Positions 50,923-64,000 of a stretch of 64,000 nucleotides of DNA are shown piece after piece. Source of the stretch: Pecten maximus (Eukaryota); the NCBI RefSeq assembly GCF_902652985.1, contig NC_047024.1, positions 24,118,001 through 24,182,000 on the forward strand, written 5' to 3'. Below the pieces are notes generated by a model. The model was not told the origin of the DNA. It did not search any database and saw only the letters and a list, made by a program, of their open reading frames with translations. Every line of letters begins with the position of its first letter. Position 1 is the stretch's first letter. The translations under genes were made by a program, and so were the position numbers.

Positions 50923-51545
50923 CGAATATATATACATAGATATTTTACTTAGATATATAACATTGATATAGATTAAGACCATTCACACACCATGAATAGG
51001 ATATGAAATTTTATCATGATATTACTATGAATTTAATCTGAAATACAGTTTCATTGTAAGGACCGTATAAGACACACATGGAATACGTTGGTAAAACAGA
51101 CCTGGGATTTTTTTTGATAATATGATAAATTCTTCATACTTTTAGCGTTAATGAAACCTTTAATGCATGTCGTGAAAAACATAACCATAAGCAAAATAGA
51201 TATAATTGTAGTCTGTTCAAAACAGTTACCATCCCTTGTGATATTAATTCAACGCAAACATGTTTTAAAATTAAGATTGATCATGTAAAAATTGATCCTG
51301 TAAAATAGGTATGAAATAGCAAAGGTAAAAACTTATAAATATATTTGATCTACTTTTAGAAGATGAGATAGGTATGCATTTTGAAGGGAGATAATCCGGA
51401 TTGGTGCTAAAGATCCCGATGTAGAGACGTATGAATCGAGATTGAAAAGTCTAAAGAATTACGTAGACCATATTCAACTTATTCACTGGTGTATTCAGCA
51501 CTTTAGTGACTTGCATGTTTTAGGAGAGATAATTCGCCATCGGGA

Positions 51546-54500
51546 TCATAGCTGGGTTGAGTCAGTCTTGATTGAAGATAGAGATGTATTTGATTCCATG
51601 CTCTTTATGTCACCTGCTCGTTTGACTTTCACATCCATCGTCATCGGGAGGCCTGAAATGAATTAAATAGAAAGTAATTATTACCTAGTCCTAAAACTTA
51701 AATTTAAAATAAATGCATAATATGAATACATTATTTAAAGCAAGAATTATACAGACTATCACTAAAGCGGCCTAAAGTATGAATTATAAAAAAGCGATCC
51801 AGTGCAAGCACTTTTTGGGAAATCTGCTTGATCTTAGGTTCGTTGTTGACAGAAGCATCGTTCTGACCTGAAATATTAACTAAGCAAGCTACTTTCCATG
51901 ATATATTTAATATTTAGCACAGGATGAAGTTTGTGTCAACTATAACTAGTCTATTTATCTATTACACAGTTCTATGTATTTTGTATATAGGACAAATCTT
52001 ATAGTATGTAGTTTGTATAGTCTTAGCCTAAATAAGGCAGTCTTCCCTACGACAAAAATTCAACCATTAAAACAAACAATCAAACAAAAAACAAACAAAA
52101 TCAATCCGATAAACAATACAAAAATTACAATGAAACAAAACAATAAAGTTTATAATGGTTTACAAAATAACAATAGGCTGTTGTTAATTTTAATACAATC
52201 ACAAATGTTACATAATTTACGCTATCATCACCCCGCTAGTGTGAATTCTTCTTTCTATCATTCAAAGTTAAGTATCCATAGCAATCAGAAGAAATTATAT
52301 TATAGTCCGCTTCTATGATTTGAATAAAACATTCAGCCTTATATAAAAGTGATCAATTTTAGGAAAAAATTATGTTATTGTTATTAGTGTGGTAGATTTC
52401 AATATCAATGGTTTTTGTTATGCTTTTCCTGTGACAAGTGTTGCATACGCCGTCGACGATGTATCATCTTTCACTTGATGGGTTATAAAGCTATTCAAAT
52501 GTTCAAATAATGTCATTATGACGTTAACATGCTGTCATAAGTCTAAAATACTTGTCAGTATTCAAAACATGTAAGACGTTGCAATAAACAATGATAAGAT
52601 GTTAGTGATGTTTTATGCAACTATCTCATAATATCATATCTAAACAACCATACTGGGTATTTCTAAAGCGACCAGCCCCCTGCTTAAAATAGTAACAGTG
52701 AGCTTGACCTTGACCCAAAAACCAGGAAACTCGAACTTATCAGAGGTATAGTCCTTTATCAATGTGTTTAATCAAAACCTCTCTCGGAATGAAGCCGCTA
52801 GGGCGCTGACAAACTTTGGCGTTACGTACATATATACATACGTACGGACTGAGAGGTAATATTTCGTCCTCCCAGTTTCTGCGGAAGGGGACTAATAGTA
52901 TATGATTCTTCACAATTGTATCCTACACCTATTTCTATACAAACATATCATTCAATGAAGACTACATAACAATGATATCTTTTTTTGGTATCTGAAGAGT
53001 TAGTTAGGCTATTATAGTATAGATTAACAATTACATGTACTTTGCTCCATTCTTTATGATCAACTACCTACATGTATGTATATATATATATAAATAATTT
53101 GTCCATACACCCACTTTTCAAATTCTATACTTAAGATTCCTATCTAAATCAGTATTTTATTCAATAGTTCCACGACGTATATAATAAAAGTATCTCTGCT
53201 CATTTGGATTGAATATAACAATAATAACACCTTGTTCAAACATCCCAAATATATGCCGATTAACGCATGTAGTATTTACTACAAAAAGTGGGAAATGAAA
53301 CTCCCCGTCCTAAGTATTTGGTTACTACATTAATATTTAATATTCACGGTGAGAGTCATGCTTAATGAGAAAAAGAGAAGTTGTAATATATGGTACATTA
53401 TGAAATGCTTATTTTAATCATCTGACATTTCATATACGAATATCATACCATGAATTAGTGCCATGAATTAAATGTTTGATTTTCATTGTTGATTTTTAAA
53501 TTCGTTTACGGTGTATCGATGCTTAATATTTTTATTTCATGGAATTTAATATACCTGTCACCTGAACAGGGCACTCGCTGATGAGTTATAAAATACTTTA
53601 AAATACAATTATACCTAAGTTTGAGTGAAGTTCAAATTTAGTAGCACTGACCTTTGACTTCTAGCAATAATGCATATATTCGAATTTGTACAAAAAATGC
53701 TTAATGCAAACGTTTGGTGAATACAGTCTCTATATTGGTGATGACAAAACATCAGATCAACAGTTTATTTTTATTAAGGACATAGACCTTTGACCTAACA
53801 AGTCGATATCCGAACATATCTGTGGTCTCATCAATACGAAACTACATATGAGTTTCATCATAATCTATCAGGAAATATAATCACTCGAGCGATGACAAAG
53901 AATGTGACGGAAAACCAAATTTTACCTAACAGCGATCTTACCACCATGACCGATTACACGCCGGATTTCGTCCAATCTATGTCCAGTGTAAATACAGGTT
54001 TAAACAAAATCTGTCAAAGATACAGCTCCTTGAGTGATGACAAATATGATGCACAGACGGTCTTGTAATGTATGTAAGTGTTTGGTTATATATCTTAAAA
54101 CTGAGCTCACATATATTATACATTTTATGAAAGTTCGTCTACAAGTGGAACTAAATTTGTGTATCGAATATCATTGATAGTTAATTTGGGTAAACATGAA
54201 AATAATCGAAACTCACTGCATCACTTAACTAAACTAACTTTTTTTTCTATTTTCTACATTGCATATGACATTCTTTCTGAAGAGTAAAAGGTCATCCTAA
54301 TAACACAACATTCAAAGTTGATCTTTTCGAATATCTTTATTTGATTCTTATTATCACATTTCCTCACTGCTGTCTTTTGTTTTCGGAAGTAATACAACCA
54401 TATATGTACACCTAAACGAGGAGTTGTTTAAATATTGATAATTTGATCTATGTGACATTGAAAGTGGGGTAATGTAATTTCTGTTATCGAACTAAATTTG

Positions 54501-57500
54501 TATATCCTAACATACCACTGGTCAAACATTACCACCTTTCGCATGTTCATTCTTGAGATAAACTGTAGATACTTTAATTATTTGACCTTTGTGGAAATTA
54601 ACGAAGATTAAAATAAAATCCATGAATGTTTCAGACGAAATACTATGACTCTTGATATCTTAGTGTTTTAAGATTTTTACTTTTAATTAATTTCACAAAC
54701 TTAATAGCCTTTTAATTCAGGACGCTACTTATCCATATTCAGAATATTGTAACGGATTGTAATAAAATCGCATCCACTTTTTGGCCCAGGTGATATAACT
54801 CAAAATTGGCCTCATCTATCTCGCGTTGTCAATGTATTAATCATATTCCAAAATTAACTAAACTTTTGGCTTGTTGCCCCAAAAACAACCAAACAAACCT
54901 CTTCGTTATAAAAAAAGACAGTATAGAAACACACTGCATACGTAGTAGAAATGTGCAAATACTGACCTATCATCAAACAAAATAAGACCATCATTTTCGG
55001 GACTTCTCGTCGCAGGCGAGAGAAAACTCATTTAGTGAACAGTTAGAAGGAATGTTTTGCACTGATTTCTAGTATCTAAATTTGAATCAAATTTTCATTA
55101 TTAGTATGATATAAAGCGTCGTTATTCTAAATAATACAGACGTACACATGTAATAAGCTGATGATGTTTGAGTAATACTTGTTATTAATGTGTATATAAA
55201 GCCAAGTTAGTTGATGGTAAGGCAACGAAACATGTTAAAAATTGTAAAACAGAAATATGCCGTGTTCTTCATGACTTACCTCCCTTTTCCCCTGTGTCGC
55301 AGAGGAAAATTGCAATAATTTTCATTTTCAGCCAAAACATATTTAATTATCGAATGTATTTTTAATTATTCACAAAAGAATAATAATGAAAAATATATTC
55401 CAAGCGTTATAGCAGCAGCAAATCGTTTTTGCTAAGGTTTATACCTGTGCCATACAGCATTTTAAGTGATACAGTATATACTAAGATGATCATGTATTTG
55501 TTTTTATGACTATGAGTTAATTTGATTGATAAGGATATTGACGTCAGAGATAAGCTTAATTCTTGAATTGTACATTTTCTCTTCGGTTTTAAAAAAGTAC
55601 CGTCATCGGTATCAAATGAAATCTATATTGCAATATATCAATATTTATAAAAAAAAAAAAAAAAAAAAAAGTATTAAAAGTAATACAGACATAGTTTAAA
55701 TTAGGTTTTGCATCGTATAAAACATTGTAATTATCATTATTCATTATTAGGAGACATATCAAACTCCAGGAAATACTAGTTAACCCCCACATCAGCCCTG
55801 AAACCAAATATTAGAACACTAGTACAAGGAGTGTACTGATGCCTTTCAACACTTACAACAAAAACCTTACATTAGATTTGGTATAAAAAGTCTAAGACAA
55901 AAATGTTTAAAAATAAAACCAGATTGATTGTTTTCCCACAAATTGTTCTTTTTGACTCCGAGAAGTAATACCTAACCCCTACAACAACCCTCGAACCAAT
56001 TATTAGAACCCTAGTACAATTATAAAGGAGTTAACTGATGTCTTTAAACACTTGCACCACAATCTTGACATTTTGAAACCAACGCTGACGCCGACGCCGA
56101 CGCTGACGCCGAGGTAACAACGTAATCTCCCTTTCTCTTCCAGAGTTAAAGACCATCCTTTAAGATATACTTGATAATATAATGAACGAATTTCATGATG
56201 ATTGCATAGTGTTCAACGGCAATTGAATTAAATAGTAATATTTCCTGTTTATACAATGTGTCCGTACCACCGTCGATGTCATTTATATCAAGTAAAATGC
56301 ATTTCAAGCATTTAAAACACAAAATATTATGAAAATGAGCCAATATTTTTTTGCAGAGAATCTTTATGAAACGGTGGGTATTTAAGAGCTTGGTTGCCAC
56401 ATCTACAATATTATACAACTGCTATCTTGCTTACCTGCGATTGTTTTGGAGAAGGCAGTCGTTGAACCCTTGATCATAGACCTAAGTGTGTCTCCTTTCT
56501 CTTCCCAGCCATGGCCGTATGACTCCACTGGATATGCAGGCTCGCCGTGTTTGGGTATGTCCAAACCTGATAAAGATCCACATCAACATTTAAGGAAGAT
56601 ATTTCGGTGATTCGAACAAGAAATGGTTAGTAAACAAATTGTATTCAACTATAATGGGTTCCACTAAGTTTTTCACAAAGCAAATCTTACAAAAGACGAT
56701 CGGTTTCATCAATAGAAAGTTGTATGCTTCCAGCCATTTGTCCCTATCAGCCCCTACGAGTCCTAGACAGACGAAACAGCAGTATGATGTAATTGAAGTA
56801 ATTAATGTATTTACAAATTCTATAAAGAAAAGTATGTTCCAGAAACAGATTGATATGCCTGTTTTCTGATTTCATCCTTTTGATCCAATCATCCCCGCGC
56901 CCTGGACGGACAAAACAGCGGCAGGATGCAATTTGAGTCATAATTGGATCAACACTGTTTAAGTTGTATTCCTTCGCTCACATCTAAAGATGCTTAAATA
57001 AGATACTCAGCCATTAATTAAGAGTATCAATCATGGAATTTTATTTGAGATAAAGTAACAGATATATATCTAATCAGCTAATGATTGACCGCTCACAGGT
57101 TAAGAGGATGGGCCATATGAAAACATTTTCGGTGGAAGTGGCCCCTACATCAGCATTTCATCTTTTCTGACCCGTTACTTCCCTGGTCTTCGATCGCATT
57201 CCAAATGATACTGAACGGCATGCCGTCAACATATTTATCTCTATATTAAAATACAATCTAGTATCTAATATCTTTACAATATGCTAGAAATCGGTTGAAA
57301 TATATTTAGTCTATAATCCACATTTTAAAACAAAGAAAGCAGACTGCAACATCTTTTGAGATAGCAGTCTACGATAAATAAAGTTAGATGGTAAATGTTG
57401 AACCTATATATCTATATTTCGTAGTGGTGCATTACGTCATACGAACCTGTGGTCATTTGTTAGATGATGCGTACACCAGAGACACGGGAATAGGACAATC

Positions 57501-60500
57501 ATTTTACATATTTTGTACACAAAGAATTGCGAACTGTCGTTAAATTTTACCTTTGAATTCATATTCAAATGATACTCTCAGGAGGCCTAGTAATTTCAGG
57601 ATATAAAACATCAACGAGCACAGGATACCGCCCCAAGCAACAATGGCCAATATGCCTACTATCTGCCAGGCAAGGTGCTGGAATCAAACCAAAAAATCAT
57701 TACAAAAGTGCTCTAATATGTCCTCATTTTGTCTATTTTTCCAAAGTAGGTCTATCACAGAAATATGGCAAAACATCAAAGGTCGCACCTTTGTATTTTC
57801 TTGATATGAGCACAACACAATGCAAGATGATACTCAATAAAACTATCAATAGGAAAAGAACAAAGACTTTATATTCCAGATTTATTATCTGCATTAATCT
57901 GAAAAAAAACCCAATTCTTCTGTGATCACTGTTACTTGACAACAGACACAATTATGCCAATCGCAATTATTCTCAAATCCAAAAAAATCTTTAACATCGA
58001 ATGTTTAAAAGTAAAGTTAAAACCTTAGAAAATGTGATGCCACTATACATTTCAATTGACGTCAAACTATATCAATTTATATGACAGTCCACAACATGCA
58101 GTCCAAACAAGACATAAATTCTGACCACAATCACGTCAAAACAACGACTTACCAGTCCTGAGCGTGTGTCCCACTGGTACAGGATGCCGAAGTCTGTTGA
58201 GAAAAATGCTACCGAGATCACTCCCCAGGTGCCTCCACCGAAATGTACTGAAATTAGAAGAAACATCCATTTGCAAAAGAAATGTAGATTTTTTGTGTTT
58301 TTATTCAAATTTGCCCTTCGTAGGATGAAATATGGCATAATTTTCTTCAATAGTAATTGTATTTATAAACAAAGATAAACGCAATAAATCGTCTATGTTG
58401 TCCTGTTCCGCACCTCTCCACATTACCACCTAAATTCATATGATATATCAGTAAATTATGCATTACTTAAATAGCCTAGCTACTTGATTTCACCCTCACC
58501 TGCAGTTGCATCCAAAGGATCATCGACCTTGAACTTGAATAGCACCAACCAAGTAGTAATCATGTACGCCAACCCACCAATAGCACCAACACACAGAGCT
58601 CCGTACGTTTCGATCTGATTGGCTGGTCCGCATACGGCCACCTGACAAAACGAAGGACTAGATGTATACACAAAACGACGCCGATTTGAACAAGAGGTAA
58701 TATTTGTGATCTAATCTGTGAAGGGTCATGCAAATGTGACGAAAATGAAGTCGGTAGAGCGAGAGCTTCTTAAAGCTCTGTGAGGAATGTACACAAACAA
58801 AATGTCTTCAGAAAAATTTGATCTGAAAGAATATTGACATGAAATTAACCTGAATTTGACCTGAAAACATATTTTCCCTGTGTAGTGATATTCCAATATT
58901 TGCCCTCGGCGACTTTTTGCGAGGAATTAATTTATGCGACAGATGCAGCATATATAGTGGTAATATCCGTTTACACCTTACCATTCCTGTCAAGGCTCCG
59001 TTCAGGGTTGTAAGGAAGCTCCATTTTTTGTCTCCGATAGCCGGAAGTTTATTCATTACAAGCGTTACAATCGCCCCAGAGGATCCGGCCATGACGGTGT
59101 TTTTGACAGCAATAGCGACGGCCGCTCCGTCGCCCTCATTAGAGATGGCGCCTTGCGACGACCCGTTAAAAGCGAAGAATCCAAAAAGCAGTATAAATCC
59201 ACCCAAGGCGGACAACTGAAAGTAAACGTAAACCCTAAAATAATCAGAACATCACAATAAAGTACACCGAATGTTGACATTCGTGGGAATGAATTTGTAA
59301 GAGCTATGAGAATAGTATTTTTTTTTAAATAGATCACCAAAAGAAGAAAGTAGTAACCAAATTTGAGTCATTCATATTTAATACTTGGATAACGGTTATT
59401 GTTAGCCAGTGGTGAGTCATACTTATTTGATACTTAGAGGACGGTTATTGGTAGATACTGGAAAGTCGCACTTATTTGATACTTGGAGATCAGTTATTAG
59501 TAGTTAATATATAAAAACTTAAATGTCACTTTGAATTAAGGTAAAATAGACTGATTGTAGAATAAATATACATGTGCCATATTTTAGAAATAATCAAAAA
59601 TTAAGGTAATAATATCTTATCATATGGTAAAGTAATTTAAAAGTATTTGGATTTCAATTACAATTACATAATTATTTCTAATGTCATTGATTAAATTACA
59701 ATTACATGTAATTGAATTTTCCTTAAAAAGTTAAAATGTACACCAATTACATTGGTATTTTGTAATTAATTGCAATTAATTACAAATTACAATTACCCCA
59801 TCCCTGATACTTGAACGTGCTATTGGTAGTTACTGCTGAGCACTTCTTATTTGATAATCTGAGGACTTATTGGTAGTTTCTGCTGAGCAATGCTTATTTG
59901 ATACTTTTAGGACTTATGGGTAGTTACTGATGAGCCATGCTTATTTGATACTTGGAGGAGTTATTGGTTAATGCTGAGCACTGCTTATTTGATAATTTGA
60001 GGACTTATTGTAGTTACTGTTGAGCCATGCTTATTTGATACTTGGAGGAGTTATTGGTTACTACTGAGTACTGCTTATTTGATAATTTGAGGACTTATTG
60101 GTAGTTACTGTTGAGTCATGCTTATTTGACATTTCAAACACATGTCCAACCAATCCAACAGAAAGACTGTACGTGAATGAATACAAAAACAATGCAAGGT
60201 TTCATCCATCTGAAATACCTGTGTACTTTACAACTATTGTGACCACAGTAAGCAATAAACAACAAAGGATATAAAGTGGTCAAGCTGGGTCAACGGGGTG
60301 TGAAATGACCGCTGTAAAACTGGTTTACAAACAATCATTCGATCGCGATAGCGTCAATTACAGGTATCAAACCTTTTGAACTTTGGTCTCTAACGGGCAA
60401 ACAAGATATGACCATCAGTCATTTTTTATCAACTGATTAGTTTATTTGTAGTGATCGCCGTACCGGAACGGAGTGACCCTTGATGTCCAGAGGCGCACCA

Positions 60501-63500
60501 GTATCCTTATCGAATCTTCCTATCCTTGGACCCATTATTTTGGCTCCACAGAAGGCTGCAATTCCACCGAGCATATGCACAACTCCGCTTCCCGCAAAAT
60601 CCTGTCACAAAATAATGATAATAAAAATAATAAAACTAAACAAGAGGCCCAAGGGCCTTAACGGTCATCTGACTCTAAATTAAAGAACATTATACTATTG
60701 TAGTATGTATTCTCTGTAGCAGGTATAGTGGCACTGTTGGCCATGATGGCCATTTTGGAATTTGGATAAACACGAAAAATAGCACTTGATCAAGACTATC
60801 TCAGGATCATTTCTGGTAAGTAAGAGCTGAATCCCACTGGTGAAATTTGAAAAAAAGTTTGAAATAGGTGTTGTTCAGGAAAACCATGATTGCGCAATCA
60901 TGTTACAAAATGGCTGCCGTGGCAGAGGCAAAAAAAATAACAACACTTTGTTGGCTCTGCTTCCTTAACATCCTCACCAATTTCAAGCTCAATCGCACCA
61001 GTGGAACTGGAGAAGAAGTTTAAAATGTGTTTTTCAAGATGGTTGCCATGGCGGCCATCTTGGATTTCTGACTGACCCATAAATAACAACACTTGGCCAG
61101 GATCATCTAAAGATCATTTCTGGGATGTTAGAGCTGAATCCCCTTGGTGGAATTTGAGAAGAAGTTTCAAATAGTTCAGGAAAACCATGATTGCGCAATC
61201 ATGTTACAAAATGGCCACCTTAGCTGCCATGTCAAAGTTTTAACGATGCCGAAAAATAACAACACTTTGGTGACTATCTTTCCTTAACATCCTCACCAGT
61301 TTCCAGCTCAATTGCACCATTGGAACTGGAGAAAAAGTTTAAAATGTGTTTTTCAAGATGGTTGCCATGGCGGCCATCTTGGATTACTGACTGACCTGAA
61401 ATATAACAACACTTGGTCAGGACCATCTCAGGATCATTTTTGGTAAGTAAGAACTGAATCCCATCGGCGGAATTTGAGAAGAAGTTTCAAATAGGTGTTG
61501 TTCAGAAGAACCATGATTGCGCAATCATGTTACAAAATGGCCGACGTGGCTGCCATGTCAAAGTTTTTACAAAGCCAAAAAATAACAACACTTTGGTGAC
61601 TATCTTTCCTTAACATCCTCACCAGTTTCCAGCTCAATTGCACCATTGGAACTGGAGAAAAAGTTTAAAAGGTGTTTTTCAAGATGGTTGCCATGGCGGC
61701 CATCTTGGATTACTGACTGACCTGAAAAATAACAACTCTTGGTCAGCACCATCTCAGGATCATTTTTGGTAAGTAAGAACTGAATCCCATCGGCGGAATT
61801 TGAGAAGAAGTTTCAAATAGGTGTAGTTCAGAAGAACTATGATTGCGCAATCATGTTACAAAATGGCCGAGATGGCTGCCATGTCAAAGTTTTTACAAAG
61901 CCAAAAAATAACAACACTTTGTTGACTCTCCCTCCTTAACATCCTCACCAACTTCCAGCTCAATCGCACCAGTGGAACTGGAGAAGAAGTTTAAAATGTG
62001 TTTTTCAAGATGGTTGCCATGGCGGCCATCTTGGATTTCTGACTGACCTGAAAAATAACAACACTTGGTCAGGACCATCTCAGGATCATTTTTGGTAAGT
62101 AAGAACTGAATCCCACTGGTGGAATTTGAGAAGAAGTTTCAAATAGGTGTTGTTCAGAAGAACCATGATTGCGCAATCATGTTACAAAATGGCCGAGATG
62201 GCTGCCATGTCAAAGTTTTTACGAAGCCGAAAAATAACAACACTTTGTTGGCTCTCCCTCCTTAACATCCTCAACAATTTCCAACTCAATGGCACCAGTG
62301 GAACTGGAGAAGAAGTTTAAAATGTGTTTTTCAAGATGGTTGCCATGGCGGCCATCTTGAATATCTGACCGACCTGAAAAACAACAACACTTGGTCGAGA
62401 TCATCTCAGGATCATTTCAGGCAAGTTTCAGCTCAATAGCACTGGTGGAACTCGAGAAGAAGTTTCAAATGTGTTTTCAAAATGGCGGCTGTGGCGGCCA
62501 TCTTGGATTTCAGACTGACCCGAAAAATAACAACACTTGGTCGGGACCATCCCAGCATCATTTCAGGCAAGTTTCAGTTCAATCCCACTGGTGGAACTTG
62601 AGAAAAAGTTTGAAATGTGAAAAGTTTAAGCACGGCGGACGGCGGACGGCGCACGACGACGGACGAAACATGATGACTATAGGTCATCCTGACCCTTCGG
62701 GTCAGATGACCTAAAAATAATAAAAATAAAAATAATGATGAATAAAAAGATTAATCAATCAACGGATATGTACATTCCTCAATTGCTCACTACATAAACA
62801 TTTTGCTATGCAAATGCCTACATATTGCGACAGGAAAGCAGAACCAGTTTGATACAATTCTGACGATTCTCAAGTTAATGAGAGTGATATGATCCATAAA
62901 GATTATTAAAGCGAACGAAAAAATGAGATGCAAGATGAATCGAATGCCACAAATTCCGAACTTGGAAGCGTTTTTAATTACTGCCGAACACTGCTTATTT
63001 GATAATTTGAGGACTTATCTTAGCTAAAGCTCGTGCCTTTTGTAATCAAAAACAAAAACATTTACTCGAGTGCCATATCCAACAACCACTCGTTGTGTAA
63101 CCTCTGTTTATTTGTGTTTAAACGAATGAGTTTCAGTGAATTATGTTGGTATGGGTGTGTTCAAATGCGTGGATGAATCAGATTTAGGAAATAAGTTGTG
63201 GTTTAAGGTTGATCTTTAAATTCTATTGAAGTGTAAGTGGGTTACTGTACAATTATTTTGAGGTTGAGGAAAATCGTAGGAATCATTAAGTACAGTGCAA
63301 AACTTTTTTCATCCGGTACATTTTGTTTGAATCACACACGTTTCAAAAAGGTTTACAGTGTTTTGAAGCTATTAAGAATACTTTTGAAGCATAGTCTACT
63401 TACATTATATGAGACCTCTATCGTTGTCTCATTGTCGACGGTATACGTAAAGCCCTTCAGTAGCCAGCCCTCACTCGACCACGCCCAGTGAGAAAGTACG

Positions 63501-63513
63501 GGATATATGAAAC
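51546..63513 (-). CDS. amt: Ammonium transporter (Amt/Mep family), 5'-partial; complement(join(63404..63513,60464..60601,58982..59215,58500..58641,58153..58247,57551..57677,56435..56566,51546..51652))
   Basis: Motifs [74 protein letters not shown] and LRVS..E..GLD..KHGE.AY; both pore histidines are present and phases are consistent. The last exon (ending DSTQL*) is less certain. Confidence 0.93.
52690..52880. mobile_element. Helentron/HINE-like fragment
   Basis: TGACCTTGACC core, (TACG/TACA)n microsatellite and a short terminal stem. Similar degenerate TGACCTTTGAC units occur at 53640-54060. Confidence 0.4.
55750..56150. mobile_element. HINE-like fragment with two approximately 195-bp units and a (GACGCC)n tail
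   Basis: ATTAGAAC(A/C)CTAGTACAA...ACTGATG...AACACTT occurs at about 55810 and 56002, followed by GCTGACGCCGACGCCGAC. Confidence 0.45.
59370..60130. repeat. Degenerate approximately 40-bp minisatellite (TGCTTATTTGATA...TTATTGGTAGTTACTG), interrupted by a hAT-like end fragment at about 59505-59806
   Basis: Repeated units on both sides of the insert, which carries AATTAC subrepeats and ends ...AATTACCCCATCCCTG. An orphan unit lies at about 62980-63020. Confidence 0.7.
60638..62718 (+). mobile_element. Helentron-associated non-autonomous element (HINE, pearl-like) with internal tandem satellite
   Basis: Starts AAACAAGAGGCCC...GGTCATCTGAC, has about five units of 300-327 bp (each two subunits of about 160 bp) and a (GGAC/GGCG) microsatellite, and ends in the palindrome AGGTCATCCTGACCCTTCGGGTCAGATGACCT followed by an A-run. 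Confidence 0.8.
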
Positions 63514-64000
63514 CTGAAATTTTATTATCCGAAGTATACATATCAGATTATTAACATACAACAACATTGGCCAACACGTAGTTTTTGACGATTTATGGTA
63601 AAGATAGATAGCACGCGTTATGACGCTACTCACAAAAGGCTTTCAAAACATACAAATTTGTTACTTTTTTATGTACGTGAGAAAAATGAACAGACTGGTT
63701 TGTACAATGGACAAGTGTAGCTCAACACTCGTGTAAGAGTTTGGATGTCCAACATAGAGAGATATACCTGTCAACGGCACAGACCGATATAAGACTCCAT
63801 TATTCTCTTACCCTGGACAGGGATATCCACAATTTTACCCGTGTGAGATTTTCTTATCGCACCCTAGGGTTGAGACAAGCTACACGTGTTCTTTGCACGT
63901 TTTCAACAATTGCATGTCATCACGTCATCAACACCATGACGTCACGACGACACATCTGACGTGATATTGCCATACATTGGCGTTTGCATTAAACAATTTG

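Noticed and set aside
52417-52531. Possible extra Amt exon (...[20 protein letters not shown])
   Set aside because: The available AG acceptors are not phase 1; the phase-compatible frames hit stops immediately.
60898-62714. Repeated ORFs [17 protein letters not shown]
   Set aside because: Translations of the satellite units inside the HINE; no splice or domain support.

Overview
AT-rich eukaryotic genomic DNA with GT-AG introns. The repeat families (tRNA-derived SINEs, Helentron-like HINEs) suggest a bivalve mollusc, possibly a scallop; this is inference. By hand I could build five multi-exon genes plus the start of a sixth. They are: the first coding exon of an unidentified minus-strand gene (181-245); a complete BET1 SNARE gene (+, 11898-13903); a secreted S1A serine protease (-, 18141-27494) containing a tandem partial duplication of its catalytic-His exon; an apparently orphan 603-aa secreted protein (-, 33759-38719) with four C-x8/9-C-x15/18-C-x8-CC-x2-C modules around a Gly/Asp/Lys/Tyr repeat region; a 187-aa secreted, strongly cationic six-Cys protein (-, 43212-46599); and the 3' part of an Amt-family ammonium transporter (-, 51546 to beyond the window). 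All exon joins were checked for phase. Introns and intergenic DNA carry SINEs (one nested in another), a foldback/MULE-like MITE and two tiny hairpin insertions (all three with 9-bp target-site duplications), a HINE with an internal satellite, and several minisatellites. The most interesting candidate system is the co-oriented block of protease, repeat protein, cationic protein and Amt, which may be an extracellular-material (shell, periostracum or byssus) module; that role is hypothesis only. Most ORFs in the supplied track are non-coding.
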